A stretch of 64,000 bases of DNA. It comes from an uncultured Bacteriovoracaceae bacterium. GTDB lineage: Bacteria; Bdellovibrionota; UBA1018. The stretch is from contig CAYIHX010000015.1 in assembly GCA_964363305.1 (NCBI GenBank), positions 1,173 through 65,172 of the forward strand, written 5' to 3'. The position numbers were made by a program, and so were the translations under genes. The notes below the pieces were generated by a model. It had not been told where the DNA came from. It worked only from the letters and a program-made list of their open reading frames with translations, and made no database searches. Of this stretch, positions 9,602 through 18,398 are shown in pieces (positions within the stretch are counted from its first letter, which is position 1; each line of letters starts with the position of its first letter).

Positions 9602-10408
9602 GTGGTGATCATTTCTTTTTTGCTGATGGTTTCGAGCGTTCAGGCTGCCCAAGACGGCCGAATCGTGTTGGACGAGGTGACGATTCACGAGGCACCCGAC
9701 TCTCGGAGCCCGGTATTGAATCGAATCGCGCACGGCAACGTACTGAGGATGGCCACGAGGTCGAGCAATGGATGGTATAAAGTCTCGCTCCCTCAGCCCA
9801 TTGGAACAACCGTGTTTGGGTACGTTGAAGCGTCGCAGGTAGTGGCTGATACGGTAGAGACGGACCTCAATAATGCCGGGATCGTTCACGCTGACCCGGT
9901 GGTTCGCGTCTCCGAGCGCAGGCATTGGCTGTTTCGCCCCTATTATGAGCTGCTGTTGCTCAATTCCACTCGGCTGGCTACGGCGGCTGGATCGGATCAG
10001 GGCATTGTGTTGGGGCACTCTTTCGGTGGAGAGTTTGGATATTTATATGACGGCGGGATCTCTTTAGGGCTGAGGGGCGGTTATTCGATCGCGACCGCAG
10101 TTGGAACGACTCAACTGAGCGTGTCGTCGGCTTTTACGGGACTGTTTTGTGATTACGAGTACTTTTTTCAATACCCCTTTTCGTTGGGTGTTGGATCCAC
10201 GATCGGGGCGGCCTTCATGGGGACCGTAGTCGCGCCCGAGGGTACCGTCAGGTTCTGGTTTGCTTACTGGCTCGGAAATGGCTTCGGCGTGTCGTTGGGC
10301 GGCGGCGTTCGGTACTTGAACCCTCAGGCGATTACCTTACAGGGCGAGAGTTCGGCACTTTGGCTCGGTGGTGGTTTCGCCCAGGTTATGCTGCTATTTC
10401 GAATGTAA
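9602..10408 (+). CDS. Secreted protein with N-terminal SH3b-like domain and C-terminal Gly/aromatic-rich beta-barrel-like region
   Basis: Signal-like N-terminus; SH3b-like VTIHEAPDSRSPVLNRIAHGNVLRM...GWYKV; C-terminal alternating Gly/aromatic strands. Confidence 0.45.
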   Translation: MVIISFLLMVSSVQAAQDGRIVLDEVTIHEAPDSRSPVLNRIAHGNVLRMATRSSNGWYKVSLPQPIGTTVFGYVEASQVVADTVETDLNNAGIVHADPVVRVSERRHWLFRPYYELLLLNSTRLATAAGSDQGIVLGHSFGGEFGYLYDGGISLGLRGGYSIATAVGTTQLSVSSAFTGLFCDYEYFFQYPFSLGVGSTIGAAFMGTVVAPEGTVRFWFAYWLGNGFGVSLGGGVRYLNPQAITLQGESSALWLGGGFAQVMLLFRM

Positions 10409-10427
10409 ATGTCATTCCCAAAAACAC

Positions 10428-10457
10428 GAAAGCCCCGGGTTTGCACCCGGGGCTTTC
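10428..10457. terminator. Bidirectional rho-independent terminator hairpin
   Basis: aaaGCCCCGGGT-ttgc-ACCCGGGGCttt, a 12-bp GC-rich stem. On the minus strand it is followed by UCGUGUUUUUGGG; on the plus strand by a weaker UUUCGUU. Confidence 0.6.
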
Positions 10458-10482
10458 GTTAACTACTTTCGCAAGTGAAGAC

Positions 10483-10554
10483 TTACTTCTTCTTCTTCTT
10501 TGCAACTTTCTTCTTCGCGACCTTCTTCTTTGCAGCTTTTTTCTTGGTAGCCAT
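10483..10554 (-). CDS. Micro-ORF encoding a 23-aa lysine-rich peptide, MATKKKAAKKKVAKKKVAKKKKK
   Basis: ATG at 10552-10554 with GGAGG 9 nt upstream; TAA at 10483-10485; strong intrinsic terminator ~30 nt downstream. Sits 115 nt downstream of the FecR-domain gene on the same strand. Not in the ORF track because it is too short. Confidence 0.4.
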   Translation of the reverse strand: MATKKKAAKKKVAKKKVAKKKKK

Positions 10555-10669
10555 TTTTCATTTCCTCCGTAAAAAGCGTCGTTCACCAACAACACCGTGA
10601 CGCTTACTTATTAATGTTACTCGGATCGAGCCGTAGATCAAGAACTCTACTAAACTTTTTTCGTTTTTT

Positions 10670-12874
10670 TTAGAGCGACCACCGGAGATGAAGAGAAACT
10701 CCCGCGCTCACATCGAGAGAGGAAGACGTGAAGCTCTTCAGCCAGCGATCGAGTGAAGCACGAAGATCCATCGAAGCATCGAGTGACCATCGTCCTGAAA
10801 TTGGGAACCTCCATGCAGTGCTCGATTCAAAAATTGCAATTGCAGGAGAGCCGTAGAGGAGCCCTGAGAGCGGCAGTGCGAGAGATGCCGTCGTACTCGT
10901 CGGCAGAAAAATAAGTTTAGAATCAAAATTAAAATTGAAGCTGGCGGAGGGTCCAATTGTGAATCCATATTCGGTTGAAAGCGATTGCGGACCCCCTTTT
11001 ACGAAACGAAAGGGGAGTTTCGCCATTCCTCCGAGCGACCAATTGCCCCATCGACGTTCGGCGCGAAGATGTCCTTGAATTGCTCGAATCGGGTCGGAAA
11101 ACGCCAAATTTGTCCCCGGCGGGGCTCGAAAAGCCCAAAGGTCGGCTTGGAGGTCGATCATCCAGCGTGTTTTGGTGCTCGTTCCGAGCTCAGTATCGAT
11201 CATTAGACTCTGGCGAAGGGCCGCCGAGCCGAGTGAGACACGTTCGACGATTGAACTTCCCCATTGCGCGCGAGTTCCGACTCCTGTGTACGCGGCGATT
11301 CGTGCGTTCCGAAAGACGAGCGGCTCTTTTTTTGTCGTCTCAGTCACGAGAATTGGAGATGGCGCGCTTGATTCCTGAGGTTCTTGATCACGCTGTTCCT
11401 GGTCGACCGCCCCGTAGATCTCATTTGCTTGAGGAAGACTGATTTTTTTCGCCGCGGAATAGCTTCCTGCTCTGCCATTCTCGCGGATCGAAGCGATTCG
11501 GTAGTAGTAGGTGCGCCGATTGCTCGGAGAATGTGAAAATCTCCACGTGAACTCGGGCGCTTCGACATCTTGGCGTTCGATCGTTTGTTTGAAGGATTGA
11601 GAATCAGAAATCTCGACGCGGTACCGAACGGCTCGTTTGACAGATTTCCATGTCAGGTGAATTTCGAGTGCCTCGGGCGGCTCCTCAGCCGCCCAAGCTT
11701 CCGAGATAAAGAGGCTAAGCCAACTCGTGCGTTTCTTTGGTTTGGCCGGGGGAATAGCGCTGGGGCCTGGCATCTTCTTTATTGTGATCTCAGCTTTGTC
11801 GAGATCGGGAGGGGGCAGCTCTTCTTCGGTCGGGTGACTTGGAATTCGACTGGAGACGGAATGTGCATCTGCGGAATTTTGAATTCTGAATGGTCGGCTT
11901 GGACTACTGCTTCCGCTACGAGCACCGCGGACGCGCCAATAGTACAATTCGACTCCGTTTGGAGGACCGAGACTCACCTTGGCTTGAACCTCCGCTCGCG
12001 GTGTAGGAGATTGCGCAATGGTTATCCGTTTGATGATTTCTGAGAAATGCTGGTTCTTGGCCACCTCAAGCACAAGGGGCTCGTCCGGATAAGCGGGGGA
12101 GGGAGAGCCCCTCCAAGAAAAATTGACTTCGGTCGTTGATGTTCGTGACTCAATCACTTCATTTACGTCCGGATATAGGGGCATGAATGGGGGGGTATCC
12201 ACTTGGGGGGCGAGTTGGGAGGTAGGATCGCTCGCGAGAACAACTTTCTCACCGCGTTTGAGATCGACGACCCCCGTGGGGGACACCACTTCCGCGGCTC
12301 CTTCGGATAGGTAGAACTGGGTTTCTCCGCTTTCGGCGACGCTGATGGAGAACTCAGCTGTCGCATTGGGGCGCAGATGCGCGCTCCCGACGATGAGTTC
12401 AAATGCTTTCTGTTGAGAACGCGGACTTTTCCGGAGGGTGCCCCTCAGTAAGCGAATTCGAACCGGGCCGCCGCGAGCGAAGGAGTCAGACCGTGAGACC
12501 TCGATCATGCTCTGAGGTCCGATGATGATCCCCAGCCCGTCATTGAATTGAACTTCCGCCTGTCCTGATTCGCCAGTCATCAGGTGGTCATATTCCCGGA
12601 GGTTGGTCTGCGATGGGGCCGATAGCCAGGCTAACTCTCCCTCGGACCGCAACCGCGTGTCTCGACTGCTGTCCACCAAGGAGGCGATTTCCGGTCTGTC
12701 CGAAAGTCGGCTGGACGCGTCCCCGGCGATCCAGTTCACCCATCGATCTAGATCAAAGAGAAGATAGATCTGGGCCGCCAGCACCAGCAGCGAAAGGCCG
12801 ACGAAAGTTGGCCACTTCTTATTTGTATTTTGTTGAACAGGTAGAGCATCCACCATTGTAGCTTTGTCGCCCAT
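10670..12874 (-). CDS. Large secreted FecR-domain protein with Pro-rich linker and two FN3-like (YYWRV) modules
   Basis: N-terminal TM/signal, then FecR-like domain (AEVQFNDGLGIIIGPQSMIEV...FELIVGSAHLRPNATAEF). FN3 hallmarks YYWRVRGARSG and YYYRIASIRENG. Start set at MGDK (12874) rather than the ORF-track 12952. Confidence 0.55.
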   Translation of the reverse strand: MGDKATMVDALPVQQNTNKKWPTFVGLSLLVLAAQIYLLFDLDRWVNWIAGDASSRLSDRPEIASLVDSSRDTRLRSEGELAWLSAPSQTNLREYDHLMTGESGQAEVQFNDGLGIIIGPQSMIEVSRSDSFARGGPVRIRLLRGTLRKSPRSQQKAFELIVGSAHLRPNATAEFSISVAESGETQFYLSEGAAEVVSPTGVVDLKRGEKVVLASDPTSQLAPQVDTPPFMPLYPDVNEVIESRTSTTEVNFSWRGSPSPAYPDEPLVLEVAKNQHFSEIIKRITIAQSPTPRAEVQAKVSLGPPNGVELYYWRVRGARSGSSSPSRPFRIQNSADAHSVSSRIPSHPTEEELPPPDLDKAEITIKKMPGPSAIPPAKPKKRTSWLSLFISEAWAAEEPPEALEIHLTWKSVKRAVRYRVEISDSQSFKQTIERQDVEAPEFTWRFSHSPSNRRTYYYRIASIRENGRAGSYSAAKKISLPQANEIYGAVDQEQRDQEPQESSAPSPILVTETTKKEPLVFRNARIAAYTGVGTRAQWGSSIVERVSLGSAALRQSLMIDTELGTSTKTRWMIDLQADLWAFRAPPGTNLAFSDPIRAIQGHLRAERRWGNWSLGGMAKLPFRFVKGGPQSLSTEYGFTIGPSASFNFNFDSKLIFLPTSTTASLALPLSGLLYGSPAIAIFESSTAWRFPISGRWSLDASMDLRASLDRWLKSFTSSSLDVSAGVSLHLRWSL

Positions 12875-14921
12875 CTGTGATTCTATATCTATGGTCGGCA
12901 GCGTGAAATACCCAATTCGCACAAAGATGGCGGCGCTGTGCGCTTTTCTCACTATTTTTGCGACCGGAGCCTATCTTGCGCTCGCCGTATCCGTGTTTCG
13001 TGCGGATAAACTCGAGCTCGTGTATGAATTGAACCACTCGACAGTCAGATCACTGACAGGTGAGTTAGATTCCTTCATTAGATCCGCCCGGGAGCAGATT
13101 CGCATTCTCGCCCAGGTGAGCTCGAATCGGGAAATCGTGGAAGGGCTGCTGGCTGGCGACAAGGATGTCCTTCATTTCGCTCTGTTCGAGAGGGCGAAAG
13201 AGTGGAAGCCGCTCGTTGAATTTTCAGGGCGGGATCAAAAACAGATGTCTATGGACCGAGCCTCCATCCCCTGGGCTCGAATCGAGAAGGAAGGACTGGT
13301 AACTTGGAATTCTTCTCGTGTGCCGGAAGATATGCCCGCAATTTCCGTGGCTGTTCGAATTCTGGCGGAAAATGATCGTGGTGCGGAACTTATTGGGGTT
13401 CTCGAGTATAAAGCTGATCTCATCCTTAGAGCGATGGGCGCACGATCGTTGGCGGAGGTCTTTGCCGTTGAATCTTCAGGTAGGGTGTATCTGCACCCCA
13501 GTTCAGACCATCTTTATGTGTCTAAGCTTTTACAGGAGGATCCGCTGATCAAAGAGGCGCTCCAGAGCCCTCTTCGGACTCAGGTTCGCAACTACAGGGA
13601 CGGAAACAAGGAGTGGCTTGCGGCCTTCTCAACGACGGAGCTGGGAGGGGTTAGGGTTCTGTCCCGTGTCGATTCTTCTCAGGCGTTGCGCGCAGCCAGA
13701 GGGCTCATCGCGCGGTCCGTAGTGTTTTTCGGCATCATCGTTACCTTGTCGATCATTCTAAGTACTTGGCTTGCGCGTCAGTTTACCCGCCCGTTGTCTT
13801 CCTTGGTTGAGGCTACGGAGCGGATATCGAAGGGTGACCTGAATGTAACTCTCCATGTCGATACCCGGGATGAGCTCGCAGTTTTAACGAGTTCGTTCAA
13901 TGTCATGGCGTTTGAACTCGCCAGACAACGCGCGGCGCTTGAACAGCAGCAGCATGAGTTGACGTTGAAGGTGAAAGAGCGGACGCAGTCGCTTGAGACG
14001 GAAAAAAGAAGTACGGCCGAGGCGCAGCAGAATCTCCTAAAAACCACGCGTCTAGCCACGCTAGGAGAGATGGCAGGCGTTACCGCACATGAAGTTTTAA
14101 ATCCGTTGAACAACATGAACATTCGAATTGAGAAATTCAAAGCGCAAACCGCGGCATTGAGAGAGTCAGACTTGCAGGTTTTAGGTCAGATTTTGTCCGG
14201 ATGGAGGGCCGCCGTGGCTGCGGGGGGGGTGAGTCAGCTGGCCTCGGAGCTTGCGAAATCCGTGAGCCCGGAAAAACGCCTCATTGATGAGGATCTCGAT
14301 AACCTCGATGGCATCGCGAAAGACTTTCAAGGGACGCTGTCGTCTTTCAGGGAAGATATGGTTTTTTTCTCCTCCCAGATCGCTCGTGTCACTCGCATCG
14401 TGAATAACATGCGCTCACTTTCTAGGGTCGGAGGTGAGCGACGGCCAATCGATGTTCACCGTCCTCTCGATGACACTCTTTTGACGCTTAAAGATGCTGC
14501 GCAGAAGAGGAAGGTCTCGTTGGTTTCTGAATATAGCCAAGACCCGAGAGAAAACTTCGTGATCATTGCTGACCACGATGAACTGATTCAGGTATTCTCT
14601 AATCTGGTGCGAAACGCGATGGATGCCCTCATGCAGACTCGGGAGCTTCGTGCGCCCGAGGTTCGGATTCGAACTTCTTGGGACGAAGGCCGAGTTATTG
14701 TACAAATTTGCGACAACGGACCCGGCGTTGATGCCGCGATTCGTGCCCGTCTTTTCGAGCCGAATGTCACGACGAAGAGCGCGGCCGATGGAACAGGTCT
14801 TGGTCTGAGCATTTGTAGGCGTATCATTCGGGCGTTTGACGGCGATATCGATGTCGTGGACCGAGAAGATGGACAGCCCGGTGCGGTATTCAGAGTCTGG
14901 TTACCGAGGGTGAGGTCATGA
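12864..14921 (+). CDS. Sensor histidine kinase (TM-sensor-TM, HAMP, HisKA, HATPase)
   Basis: HAMP region (SLVEATERISKGDLNVTL...ELAVLTSSFNVMAFEL), H-box AGVTAHEVLNPLNNM, G-boxes DNGPGVD/GTGLGLSICRRII. The true start is probably an internal Met (12891 or 12927) because the divergent FecR gene starts at ~12874. Confidence 0.85.
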   Translation: MSPICDSISMVGSVKYPIRTKMAALCAFLTIFATGAYLALAVSVFRADKLELVYELNHSTVRSLTGELDSFIRSAREQIRILAQVSSNREIVEGLLAGDKDVLHFALFERAKEWKPLVEFSGRDQKQMSMDRASIPWARIEKEGLVTWNSSRVPEDMPAISVAVRILAENDRGAELIGVLEYKADLILRAMGARSLAEVFAVESSGRVYLHPSSDHLYVSKLLQEDPLIKEALQSPLRTQVRNYRDGNKEWLAAFSTTELGGVRVLSRVDSSQALRAARGLIARSVVFFGIIVTLSIILSTWLARQFTRPLSSLVEATERISKGDLNVTLHVDTRDELAVLTSSFNVMAFELARQRAALEQQQHELTLKVKERTQSLETEKRSTAEAQQNLLKTTRLATLGEMAGVTAHEVLNPLNNMNIRIEKFKAQTAALRESDLQVLGQILSGWRAAVAAGGVSQLASELAKSVSPEKRLIDEDLDNLDGIAKDFQGTLSSFREDMVFFSSQIARVTRIVNNMRSLSRVGGERRPIDVHRPLDDTLLTLKDAAQKRKVSLVSEYSQDPRENFVIIADHDELIQVFSNLVRNAMDALMQTRELRAPEVRIRTSWDEGRVIVQICDNGPGVDAAIRARLFEPNVTTKSAADGTGLGLSICRRIIRAFDGDIDVVDREDGQPGAVFRVWLPRVRS

Positions 14922-16141
14922 GGAACAATACGATTCTCATTGTTGACGATGAACCTGAGACTTTGCAGGGCTACCGAGATTTTCTGTGTGAGAACCTTGG
15001 TGAGGCGCCGGCTTCTCGTAAGAGTTCACGCCAGGCGACGTCGAACAGTCCCCAGGAAGCGGTTCCCTCTCCTCGTTCGGGAGAAAGTTATCGTCTTCTC
15101 TCTGCGGCGTCCGGCGAGGAAGCGATCGCCTTGGTGAAACAGGAGTTGGCGGAGGGACGCCGGGTTGCAGCAGGATTTTTTGATGTCAAGCTTGAGGGCG
15201 GGATCGATGGTTTGACCACGATCCAGGAAATCAAGAAGTTGGACCCGGATCTTCGGTGTGTCGTGGTGACCGCCTATCATGATCGCTCGGTCGACGAGAT
15301 CAATACGCTCTTTGGCGAAGCATTTAAGGACCATTGGGACTACTTGAACAAGCCTTTTACTCGAGGGGAGATCGTCCAAAAAGCGCGCCAAATGGTGTCC
15401 GCCTGGAACAGGGAGAAGGAGGTTCATTTTCTCCATGAGCAGCTGATCCGGTCTGAGCGACTGGCAGCCATTGGACAGGTTGCTAGGGGCGTTGGCCATG
15501 AATTCGGAAATATTTTGTTAAGAATCATGGGAAAGGCCGATCTGGCCCTGAGCGAGACGGACATGTCGAAAGTGAAGGGCCATCTTGAAGTGGTCATCAG
15601 CGCTTCCGAGAGAGCCAGTGTGATCGTCCGAAATCTGCAGTCTTTTTCCAAGACAGAACCCGTATTTGAAGCGGGGAGTGTGAATACCGTGATTGAGGAG
15701 GCCCTGTCCCTAGTCGGTCATGAATATCAGAGGCAGACAATTTTGGTGGAGAGATTGTTGCCGGCCTTGCCCGACGTGAAGATGGACCGAGTGCGTATTG
15801 GGCAGGTCGTTCTCAATCTCCTTATTAATGCGATGCACGCAGTTGTCGCCAAAAACCCAAAGGGCGGAAAGGTGTCGATCTCGAGCCGATCTCTCGAGGC
15901 CGGTGGCATTGCGGGCGTCGAGGTTTCCGTGGCGGATTCGGGGACAGGGATTCCTTCCGAAGTGCTTCCGCGTATTTTTGATTTCGCGTTTACGACCAAG
16001 GGCGAGGGCGGTAGCGGATTGGGTCTTGCTGTGTCTAAGGAGATTATCAATGCTCATTCAGGCCAGATCGCAGTCAATACTCAGCTCGGTCAGGGCGCTG
16101 ATTTTCGGTTTTGGATTCCCTTAGGGGGGCCAGCTAGATGA
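14918..16141 (+). CDS. Hybrid response regulator-histidine kinase (REC-HisKA-HATPase)
   Basis: REC (ILIVDDEPETL...FFDVKLEGGIDGL), H-box LAAIGQVARGVGHEFGNIL, HATPase ADSGTGIP...GGSGLGLAVSKEII. ATGA overlap with the upstream kinase. Confidence 0.85.
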   Translation: MRNNTILIVDDEPETLQGYRDFLCENLGEAPASRKSSRQATSNSPQEAVPSPRSGESYRLLSAASGEEAIALVKQELAEGRRVAAGFFDVKLEGGIDGLTTIQEIKKLDPDLRCVVVTAYHDRSVDEINTLFGEAFKDHWDYLNKPFTRGEIVQKARQMVSAWNREKEVHFLHEQLIRSERLAAIGQVARGVGHEFGNILLRIMGKADLALSETDMSKVKGHLEVVISASERASVIVRNLQSFSKTEPVFEAGSVNTVIEEALSLVGHEYQRQTILVERLLPALPDVKMDRVRIGQVVLNLLINAMHAVVAKNPKGGKVSISSRSLEAGGIAGVEVSVADSGTGIPSEVLPRIFDFAFTTKGEGGSGLGLAVSKEIINAHSGQIAVNTQLGQGADFRFWIPLGGPAR

Positions 16142-17403
16142 GTGGTACAAAAAAGACTGACCCACATTTTTTAGTAGTGGATGACGATGATGCAAGCCGC
16201 GATACAATCATCGAGTATCTCTACTCAATGGGTTTTCCGCACGTACAACAAGCCAAGGATGGCCAACAGGCGTTGTTGATTCTCGACCGCGACCCGAGTA
16301 TCAATTTCATTATTTCAGACTGGGACATGCCAAAGCTGAATGGTTTGAATCTACTTCAGAAAGTCCGCTCGAGTCCCAAGAGGTTTAATATCCCGTTCCT
16401 TATCGCGACGTCCCCGGTTTCCCAGGAGACTGAAAAAATTGTCCTGGCGGCGGAGAACATGGTGTCGTCATATATTATCAAACCGTTTCGCGTGAAGACC
16501 TTTCAGGAGAAGGTACTCGCTCTCGTCAACGGAGAGAACAAGCAGCCAAAGGGGAGCGCGGTTGTCATTGACGATGATGATGATGCACGAGAGATGGTTG
16601 AGGAGTATCTTAGAAAGGAAAAATTTCAGGACGTGAAGACGTTCAAGGAGGGTCGATCGGCCCTTGCGTATCTAGAGACCGCTTTCGCCAAGGTTAGCTT
16701 GATTGTATCTGATTGGGAGATGCCTGAGATGAACGGCATCGAGCTCCTCAAAGCGTGCAAAGCGGATTCTAGAATTCGAGATATTCCGTTTCTCATGATC
16801 ACGTCTCAAACTTCTATTGAGCGGACCAAAGTGATGCAGGCCGCGCGTTCTAATGTCGACGATTACCTGCTGAAGCCATTCAGTAACGACGATCTCAAGA
16901 AGCGGATCGGATTTCTCATGGAGCGCACAACGGCTCGATCGAAAACCACGAAAGGGATTGTGGCAGCTCTCGATCATCTTGAACATGCTCATTACAACAA
17001 GGCTATTCAGCTTTTCGAGGAGAGCCTCATGATTGATCCACAGAGCGATGTCGCTCTTCGGGGTCTCGGCGATGCCCTTACCAAGACAAAGGGGTATGAC
17101 GCGGCTCTTCCGCATTATAAGAGGGCGGTCGAGGCGAATCCCGCAAATGCAAAGGGCTATATCAAGCTGGCTCAAACTTATGAGCAGCTCGGCCTTTTTG
17201 ATAAAGCGCAAGCGGTGCTGCAAGCGGGAGTCGGAGAGATCGGATTTAATGCCGATCTCCATTATCAGCTTGGGTGGATTTATCATAAACAGGGAAAGAA
17301 CGATTTGGCGCGTATGGAGTTCCAAACCACTCTTGAGATTCAACTCGGTCATCAGGAGGCCCGTTTGATGCTCGATCTTTTAGGCCAGGAGAAGCGGGAT
17401 TGA
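16138..17403 (+). CDS. Tandem-receiver response regulator with C-terminal TPR repeats
   Basis: Two REC domains (VVDDDDASRD...ISDWDMPKLNG and VIDDDDDARE...VSDWEMPEMNG), followed by three TPR-like repeats. Confidence 0.8.
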   Translation: MSGTKKTDPHFLVVDDDDASRDTIIEYLYSMGFPHVQQAKDGQQALLILDRDPSINFIISDWDMPKLNGLNLLQKVRSSPKRFNIPFLIATSPVSQETEKIVLAAENMVSSYIIKPFRVKTFQEKVLALVNGENKQPKGSAVVIDDDDDAREMVEEYLRKEKFQDVKTFKEGRSALAYLETAFAKVSLIVSDWEMPEMNGIELLKACKADSRIRDIPFLMITSQTSIERTKVMQAARSNVDDYLLKPFSNDDLKKRIGFLMERTTARSKTTKGIVAALDHLEHAHYNKAIQLFEESLMIDPQSDVALRGLGDALTKTKGYDAALPHYKRAVEANPANAKGYIKLAQTYEQLGLFDKAQAVLQAGVGEIGFNADLHYQLGWIYHKQGKNDLARMEFQTTLEIQLGHQEARLMLDLLGQEKRD

Positions 17404-18344
17404 ATCTGATGGAACTTAAATCAAGACGAATTTTGGTGGTCGAGCCTGGGCGTACGGCCTTTGAGCTGGCCAATGATATTCTCGTCCCGCTTGCCGCGCA
17501 CCTCACTCATGTTCCCGACATCGATACGGCCTTACATCGGGTACGAGCTTGGAAGCCGCATCTGATTTTGATCGACTGTGGGCTGATCGTGGACAGAAAT
17601 GACCGTGATTCCATTATTGATACGTTGAGGTCGATTTCTAGTGATGAATATGTCTCGGTGGTGTTGCTGTGCGAGGAAGGGTTTTCACCTGAGCTGTTGA
17701 AGATGCTCTCCGTAGGTGGCGATGATTTTTTAATTAAGCCCCTCAAGAAGAACGAGGTGATCGCGCGTCTCAGCTGTGCAGTACGTATGCGGGACCTTCA
17801 TGATCAGCTGAGGAGGTCTCAGCATCGCATTGAAGAGTTGACGGCTATCGATGATTTGACCGGTTTGCTGAACATGAAATATCTATACCGCCATGGCGAG
17901 GATGACGTCGCGCGATGTCGGAGATTTCGAAAGCCGGTGACGGCTGTCCTGGTTGATATTGACCATTTTTCGGCCATCAACGAGGCGCATGGCTTCCCTT
18001 TCGGTAGCTATGTAATCAAGGAGGTCGCCGGTTTGGTCCGCAGTTGCATTCGAAAGGTAGATCGGGTGGCCCGCGTGGGAGCAGACGAGTACTTTGTTCT
18101 CTTGCCGGAGACTGATTTGGCGGGAGCTGAGTTTGTCGCAGAGCGCATCCGCGATACGATTCAGAACCATGAACACCGCTCGGAGAAGGAGTTTGCAAAG
18201 GTGACTGTGTCTATCGGGGTGGCTGGGTTCGGAATCGGTGAGGAGATGGGATCTCTCAACGATTTTTTTAGGAATGCCAGCGAGGCCCTTCGTTCAGCAA
18301 AGGTGGCCGGAGCGAATCGAATCGAAGTCTTCTCATTCGCCTAG
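17400..18344 (+). CDS. Response regulator with GGDEF domain, degenerate active site (GADEY)
   Basis: REC-like N-terminus (LILIDCGL). GGDEF fold (DDLTGLLN...SIGVA). RKVD-x5-GADEY instead of RxxD-x5-GG(D/E)EF. Confidence 0.8.
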   Translation: MNLMELKSRRILVVEPGRTAFELANDILVPLAAHLTHVPDIDTALHRVRAWKPHLILIDCGLIVDRNDRDSIIDTLRSISSDEYVSVVLLCEEGFSPELLKMLSVGGDDFLIKPLKKNEVIARLSCAVRMRDLHDQLRRSQHRIEELTAIDDLTGLLNMKYLYRHGEDDVARCRRFRKPVTAVLVDIDHFSAINEAHGFPFGSYVIKEVAGLVRSCIRKVDRVARVGADEYFVLLPETDLAGAEFVAERIRDTIQNHEHRSEKEFAKVTVSIGVAGFGIGEEMGSLNDFFRNASEALRSAKVAGANRIEVFSFA

Positions 18345-18398
18345 CGGCTTCACTTGAGTCTTGCCCCTGATGCGTTGCAGTGATAGCGCGTATTTGCT

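Noticed and set aside
10486-10552. CTT/CTTCTT repeat run that might look like a simple repeat or mini-array
   Set aside because: It is the antisense of AAG (Lys) codons of the K-rich micro-ORF; no spacer-repeat periodicity; not CRISPR.
16672-17352. 226-aa minus-strand ORF antisense to the tandem-REC/TPR gene
   Set aside because: Antisense shadow; the plus-strand product has clear REC and TPR domains.
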